From assembly GCA_965205025.1 (NCBI GenBank), contig CBDBFU010000012.1:288001-352000 (forward strand): a DNA stretch of 64,000 nucleotides, read 5' to 3'. Position 1 is the stretch's first letter. Every line of letters begins with the position of its first letter. Source of the DNA: Candidatus Poribacteria bacterium (GTDB lineage: Bacteria > Poribacteria > WGA-4E > WGA-3G). Below the pieces are notes generated by a model. The model did no database searches. It saw only the letters and a program-made list of their open reading frames with translations, and had not been told where the DNA came from. Below, in pieces: positions 58,678 to 64,000 of this stretch. The translations under genes and the position numbers were made by a program.

Positions 58678-60036
58678 ATGTTTAAGAATAGTAATACTCC
58701 AATTATTAAATCAACAAATACTATAATATGCCTCATCACCTTGATTTTTATTGCTTTAGGATGTAAATCTAATACGCTGAAACATTCTGAGAAACTTATT
58801 TCAACGGGAAAAACTTATGAAGCAATTGAATTACTCATTCCCTATCTTGAAATATCTAATAATGACCCGATTGCTCATATATTACTTGGAAAAGCATACA
58901 AACAGTTAGGTCGATATAATGAGGCTGTTCTGCAATTTCAAAAGGCATCACTTCATTCGTCAGGAAAACCTACACTTCGTATTGATGCCAGATTAGAATT
59001 AGCACGAACCTATCTAATCTATGGAGATAGAGATTCTGCATTTGATGTCATTAAATTGATATTTGTTAGCACTACAGATGAAAAGATAATACAACAAATT
59101 ATTGAACTTGTTGGAGATAGTTATCATACGAGACAGTTAACACATCATAATTCAGATAATTATTCACCCTCTTTCTCTCCTGATGGTAATCAAATTGCTT
59201 TTGCTTCCTTTAGAGGTGACAATAGTGAAATCTATTTGATGGATTTAAATGGTAGAATTTTACGTCGGGTGACCTACTCTTCAGATTTCAACGATAGTTC
59301 TCCTACTTTTTTTACTTCTTCAGACTATCTATTTTATAGTAGTGAACCTAAATCCTCCCGAGAAGTAAAAATATTGATCCAAAGTAGTGGCTCAACCCCT
59401 ATATATACAGGATTCAATATCACACATATATATAGTAAAAACACACTATCCATCATACCTATCAGCTTTGGAGCACGTGTTCCGCATACCTCCTATACAT
59501 CCAATAGAGTAGTCTACGAATCAAATACCGATGGAAATTTAGAATTATATTTACTCGATTTTGACGGTTTGGATCTGACACAGTTTAAACCTGAAAGCCT
59601 TAATCCAGTGAGAATTACTTATTCTGAATCTGATGAAGGAAGTCCAGCCTTCTTTCCAAATAGTGATAAAATCGTCTTTGTATCATCTCGAAATGAATCT
59701 GTAAATCAACTATATACGATATCTATTAATGGTAAGAACGAAAAGCATTTCAATCCCAACCCTTATGATTGTTATAACCCCTCTGTCTCACCTGATGGAA
59801 AATCTATAGCCTTTGTATCAGCAAGAGATGCAGATTGGGAAATTTATATCATTGATTCAAACGGTAAAAATGAACGTAAAATAACTAATGGAATAGGCAG
59901 ATCAATTCAACCTACTTTTTCTCCAGATGGGAAATATATAGCATTTGTGTCTGATAGGACAGATACTTTCCAAATTTATCTAATGGATCTAAATCAACCA
60001 GTTACACGCAAGGACATAGTAGCACTTCTTCGATAA
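58678..60036 (+). CDS. TPR and TolB-like PD40 repeat lipoprotein
   Basis: Lipobox IALGC, TPR helices, P.FSPDG..IAF.S.R repeats; ORF-track start 58534 is probably too far upstream. Confidence 0.85.
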   Translation: MFKNSNTPIIKSTNTIICLITLIFIALGCKSNTLKHSEKLISTGKTYEAIELLIPYLEISNNDPIAHILLGKAYKQLGRYNEAVLQFQKASLHSSGKPTLRIDARLELARTYLIYGDRDSAFDVIKLIFVSTTDEKIIQQIIELVGDSYHTRQLTHHNSDNYSPSFSPDGNQIAFASFRGDNSEIYLMDLNGRILRRVTYSSDFNDSSPTFFTSSDYLFYSSEPKSSREVKILIQSSGSTPIYTGFNITHIYSKNTLSIIPISFGARVPHTSYTSNRVVYESNTDGNLELYLLDFDGLDLTQFKPESLNPVRITYSESDEGSPAFFPNSDKIVFVSSRNESVNQLYTISINGKNEKHFNPNPYDCYNPSVSPDGKSIAFVSARDADWEIYIIDSNGKNERKITNGIGRSIQPTFSPDGKYIAFVSDRTDTFQIYLMDLNQPVTRKDIVALLR

Positions 60037-60081
60037 AAAGTATGAAATAGATCAGATTATTAACTATAGAGGTAATCAACT

Positions 60082-61041
60082 ATGATACAGGTAACAAAAC
60101 CAGAAGGATTTGGCAACATACAACTTGAAATTGCTCCTGACCCAGAGATTAATCAAGAACAAGTCCGTGTAAAGACAGATACAACTTTAATCAGTCGTGG
60201 ATCAGAACTATTTAGACGATATATACTTGAGGAAGCAGTTTCTCCATCTATAATGGGTTATTCTCTCACTGGTACAGTAGATAAGGTAGGTAGCGAGGTG
60301 AGTGATTATTCTATTAATGATAGAGTAATGGTTGTTGCACCCCATGCACAATATGCTGTAGGTGAACCTAATTCATCAGATGGAAGAATTGTAAAATTGC
60401 CAGATGATGTTTCTTTTGAGGAAGGAACTTTCCTACCACTTGCAACCAGTTCTGTCGCATGGGCTGATTCTTCAGGAATAGAAGCTGGAAACACTGTTGT
60501 CATTTTGGGTCAAGGATTAGTTGGAAGTCTAATGATGCAGGTTATAAGGGATTATTCACCAGAAAAAATAATCACTGTAGATGCATTATCATATCGATGT
60601 GAACTATCAGAAAAACTTGGGGCAGATGTATCAATAAACGCTGAGGATGAAAATCCTGTTGAAGCAATACGAAAACTTACAAATGGTCAAGGGGCAGACT
60701 TGGTAATCGATTGTGTGGGTGGACATGCGGGTGTGAAATCATTTGAACAAGCACAGGATATGGTTAGGCAATATGGTATTATTCAACTCATTGCATTGTA
60801 TCAGCAAAAACCACTTCCTTTACACTCTTCAAAGATCATGAGCAAGAGACTTGTAGCAGGGATATTAACAAAAGAACCGCGATCCCAAATTGTCCAACGA
60901 GCAATTAAGAAGATACAGAATGGGATTATTCGAGCATCTGAGATGATATCTCACCGTTTTGATTATACAGATGCAAAAGCAGCATTTGATCTCTTATGGA
61001 ATACACCTGGTGAAACACTTGGAGTCTTGATTAAGTGGTAG
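60082..61041 (+). CDS. MDR-superfamily (zinc-binding-type) dehydrogenase
   Basis: ISRGSE, MGYS, GQGLVG Rossmann motif, GADLVIDCVG, ISHRF. Confidence 0.85.
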   Translation: MIQVTKPEGFGNIQLEIAPDPEINQEQVRVKTDTTLISRGSELFRRYILEEAVSPSIMGYSLTGTVDKVGSEVSDYSINDRVMVVAPHAQYAVGEPNSSDGRIVKLPDDVSFEEGTFLPLATSSVAWADSSGIEAGNTVVILGQGLVGSLMMQVIRDYSPEKIITVDALSYRCELSEKLGADVSINAEDENPVEAIRKLTNGQGADLVIDCVGGHAGVKSFEQAQDMVRQYGIIQLIALYQQKPLPLHSSKIMSKRLVAGILTKEPRSQIVQRAIKKIQNGIIRASEMISHRFDYTDAKAAFDLLWNTPGETLGVLIKW

Positions 61042-61047
61042 TAAGTA

Positions 61048-61161
61048 ATACCATTTCTAATTGAAAATGTCTCTTTTTTGTACCACAAACTTTCAGTTTG
61101 TGACCTGAAAAATGACAACCATAATAACCGCCTAATGAGACAATAATTTATAGAAATGGTA
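61048..61161. mobile_element. 114-bp MITE with IS630-type ends
   Basis: ATACCATTTCTA...TAGAAATGGTA flanked by TA on both sides; same ends as the IS630 at 26570-27728. Confidence 0.8.
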
Positions 61162-61180
61162 TAAGATTAAGAACGGAAAT

Positions 61181-61747
61181 ATGATTGTTCCTCAAGAAAT
61201 CTCATTTAAATCAAAAATAAAAGGTTTTGATCTTACCTTTAACACAACCTGGGGACTATTCTCACCAAAGAGTATCGACTCTGGTACAAGGTTGTTGATT
61301 GATTGCATTGATATTCACTCAGATGACATCTGTTTGGATCTTGGATGTGGATATGGTGCTGTTGGTATAGCAATGGCTAAATGTGCAACACAATCAGAGG
61401 TATACATGGTAGACAAGGATTTCGTTGCCGTGGACTATGCTCGGAAGAATATTGAAAATAATAAAATAGATAACTGTCATGCTTTATTAAGTAACGGTTT
61501 TAGCAATTTACCTGAAATCCAATTTGATATTATTGCCTCAAATTTACCTGCAAACGTAGGAAATGAACTTATAAAAATTTTCTTAAACGATGCTAAGAGT
61601 TTTTTAAAGGAGAATGGCAGAATTTACGTTGTTACAATTGCTGGTTTGAAAGAATTTATCAAAAGGAATTTTATTACTACATTTGGTAATTATAAAAAAA
61701 TTAAACAAAGAAAAACACATACTGTTTCTATGGCTATTTTATCTTAA
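61181..61747 (+). CDS. Class I SAM-dependent methyltransferase (MTS/RsmC-like)
   Basis: GLFSPKSIDSGTRLL, LDLGCGYG, SNLP. Confidence 0.88.
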   Translation: MIVPQEISFKSKIKGFDLTFNTTWGLFSPKSIDSGTRLLIDCIDIHSDDICLDLGCGYGAVGIAMAKCATQSEVYMVDKDFVAVDYARKNIENNKIDNCHALLSNGFSNLPEIQFDIIASNLPANVGNELIKIFLNDAKSFLKENGRIYVVTIAGLKEFIKRNFITTFGNYKKIKQRKTHTVSMAILS

Positions 61748-61825
61748 ATCTTATCAAATATTCTATTTTTGAATAAATTGATTACTTGAGATAACAGAAT
61801 ATATCCAAAAGCTAAACACTTTAAG

Positions 61826-63343
61826 TTGCATACTATAGAGGTATTAATAATGAAATTGTTTACAATCATAGGGATATCTATATTTTGCTTAATAACACTA
61901 ATTCAAAATGTAAGTTCTGTGGAGATGGAAAAAGTGGATTTTGATATGATGTTCGAAAAGCCTCAAGAACATTGGTATAATTTACATATGATGAACAGAA
62001 AGATCGGATTTGTCCATTCTTTCATGGAAAAAACAATTTACAATAATGAAGAAATGTTGCGAATTAAAACAGATATTAGAATGGAACTATCTGGTTTAGG
62101 TAAGAAATTCATTATTGAAACGAACCGGATTGAATACTTAGATTCACAATTAAAACCTCGTTATTTTTTTTCTACTTCAAATGAATCTGGTGAAAAACAT
62201 ACTCAAGGAAAAATTATTGATGACATAGCATACATTTCAACAACATTGAATGGGAAAACTACAAAAGTTGAAGTGACGATCCCAAATGACACAATTTCAG
62301 AAACAGCCGCAGTTGAATATCTAATAACAAAAAACAATCTAAAAGCTGATAAAGAAATAAACTATCATATATTCAGTTTTGATTTTCTTAAGCCAGTTGA
62401 ATCTAAACTGAAGGTGATCCGTAAAGAGAATCTAACTTACCAATCTGAAGAATTGGAAGTATTTCTTATTGAAACTAAACTGGATATTCTTGGAGGAATT
62501 AATAGTCGTATTTGGATTACTGAAGACGGAATTACATACAAGAATTCAACTGATATGATGGGTTTTGCTATGGTGGCAACAAAAACTAACAGAACTACTG
62601 CAATTGGTGATACGGATGAAATAGATATTATGTTGCAGAGTAGAATCATTCCTACGGGGAAAAAATCTAAAGTCGGCACATCCCGACTGGTGGCTGAACT
62701 AAGACTTACAAATGGTAATCTAATTGATACAATTGTAGATAATCATAGACAAAGTCTGGAATTAAATGGGGAACGTACTGGAGTATTAAGTATTCAAGTC
62801 TCAGATATAGATGAAACTAACTGTTTAAATTTACCTATACAACAAACAGGTTTTGATGGTTTCCTTACCTCAAGTACATATATAGAATCAAATAATGAAA
62901 TAATAATGAATAAAGCTAAGTTAATTATTAATGGTGAAGTAAATTCATGGAAAGCAGCTAAGAAGTTATCTGAATGGGTATATAAGACCATTACTGATAA
63001 GAATCTAAGTGGAGGATATAGTACTTCACTGGCAACACTTGAAACACAATCTGGTGATTGTACAGAACATACAGTTTTATTTATTGCATTAGCGCGTTCT
63101 GTTGGGATACCATCAAGAATATGTACCGGATTAATCCTTAGTGGTAGCGGATTCTATTACCATTTCTGGCCAGAGGTATATGTTGGAAGATGGGTACAGA
63201 TGGATCCTTCTATAGGTCAGGAGATAGCAGATGCTAACCATATCCAGCTTGGGGGTAGTGTTCTTGAATCAAATACTATGATAGAATTTATTGAAGGTAG
63301 TTTTCGAACAATGAATCAACTTGAAATTAACATCATTGAATAG
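61826..63343 (+). CDS. Secreted transglutaminase-like domain protein
   Basis: GDCTEH, HFWPEVY, W...DP catalytic triad; signal peptide; start possibly at 61850. Confidence 0.88.
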   Translation: MHTIEVLIMKLFTIIGISIFCLITLIQNVSSVEMEKVDFDMMFEKPQEHWYNLHMMNRKIGFVHSFMEKTIYNNEEMLRIKTDIRMELSGLGKKFIIETNRIEYLDSQLKPRYFFSTSNESGEKHTQGKIIDDIAYISTTLNGKTTKVEVTIPNDTISETAAVEYLITKNNLKADKEINYHIFSFDFLKPVESKLKVIRKENLTYQSEELEVFLIETKLDILGGINSRIWITEDGITYKNSTDMMGFAMVATKTNRTTAIGDTDEIDIMLQSRIIPTGKKSKVGTSRLVAELRLTNGNLIDTIVDNHRQSLELNGERTGVLSIQVSDIDETNCLNLPIQQTGFDGFLTSSTYIESNNEIIMNKAKLIINGEVNSWKAAKKLSEWVYKTITDKNLSGGYSTSLATLETQSGDCTEHTVLFIALARSVGIPSRICTGLILSGSGFYYHFWPEVYVGRWVQMDPSIGQEIADANHIQLGGSVLESNTMIEFIEGSFRTMNQLEINIIE

Positions 63344-63628
63344 ATCTAATATGTTATCAATTGATAATATGGGATTTATCGGTACATATACAAACTTATC
63401 CTATTACGATTTCAGGAAAAGTAATATAGGTTTTGGTTCTACTTTCAACTTCTAAAGAATTACATTGATGAAAAATAGACCTATTAGCAACCAATATTAA
63501 AACTGATAGAATCAACAATTAGAACGAAGAATGATAATTGTAGGAATATACATTTTCTTTTTTACATCGAACTCACGTCAAGCAACTACCCAATCTTCTA
63601 AGGAACATGATTAGGGAGTAATTTTCTA

Positions 63629-64000
63629 TTGGCTTTTCTAAATCCTCTATTTCTGTTTGGTCTATTAGCTGCTGGAATTCCACTATTAATTCATCTTTGG
63701 AATCGACGTCAAGCAGCTACCATAGATTTTAGCAGCCTAATGTTCCTTGTTACTGCTCATCGACAAAACGTAAAACGTCTCCAATTAAGACAACTTCTAA
63801 TTCTTCTCTTACGAATGTTAATTATTGCATTAATTGCACTTTCCCTTGCCCGTCCTTTTCTTACTCTTGGTTTACCTCTTGCAGCAGTCCGTGCAAGGAC
63901 TGACATCGTAGTTGTATTGGATAATTCATTTAGTATGACATATCAAGATGTTGATGGTGTTTGGTTTGATAACGCCAAAAAAAAAGCGAATGAAATTCTA
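63629..64000 (+). CDS. BatA N-terminal and vWA domain protein, 3'-truncated by window edge
   Basis: TTG start after GGGAG; MAFLNPLFLFGLLAAGIPLLIHLW...FSSLMFL...LARP...VVLDNSFSM; absent from the ORF track. Confidence 0.85.
   Translation, partial: MAFLNPLFLFGLLAAGIPLLIHLWNRRQAATIDFSSLMFLVTAHRQNVKRLQLRQLLILLLRMLIIALIALSLARPFLTLGLPLAAVRARTDIVVVLDNSFSMTYQDVDGVWFDNAKKKANEIL

Noticed and set aside
443-62991. Many 60-130 aa ORFs antisense to or overlapping long genes (e.g. 4268-4627, 6018-6407, 12134-12469, 50722-51090)
   Set aside because: Shadow ORFs of well-supported genes with no recognisable motifs or RBS
1-64000. tRNA, rRNA, riboswitch or prophage genes
   Set aside because: No cloverleaf or rRNA-like GC-rich tract, no recognisable TPP riboswitch core upstream of thiD, and no phage structural genes seen by eye; a covariance search was not run

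Overview
AT-rich bacterial chromosome segment. It is most likely from Candidatus Poribacteria; this is inferred from LamG proteins ending in a GK-x-ATTW-type tail, many PhyH dioxygenases, WD40/NHL/TPR repeat proteins and an ECF sigma factor fused to a beta-propeller. About 50 genes are present: housekeeping (hisF, murJ, thiD, gspG, frameshifted nagB), transporters, oxidoreductases and secreted proteins. Accessory parts: an IS630 nested in an IS3 remnant beside a convergent type II restriction-modification pair; two IS982 copies, one splitting a CPBP protease gene; an IS630-derived MITE; an IS4 fragment; and a decayed rsgA fragment. Four tandem PhyH paralogs plus a relic fifth converge on a Rieske-domain protein of unknown function. 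The least explained signal is a family of modular non-coding elements filling three long spacers between divergent genes (about 9.4-10.4, 38.9-39.8 and 46.5-50.2 kb). Their GGGTGTGTAAAGTT ends sit just upstream of sigma70 -35 boxes, and they carry arm/core-like repeat modules and covarying REP hairpins. No rRNA, tRNA or CRISPR array was seen. Family calls come from motif recognition, not database searches.
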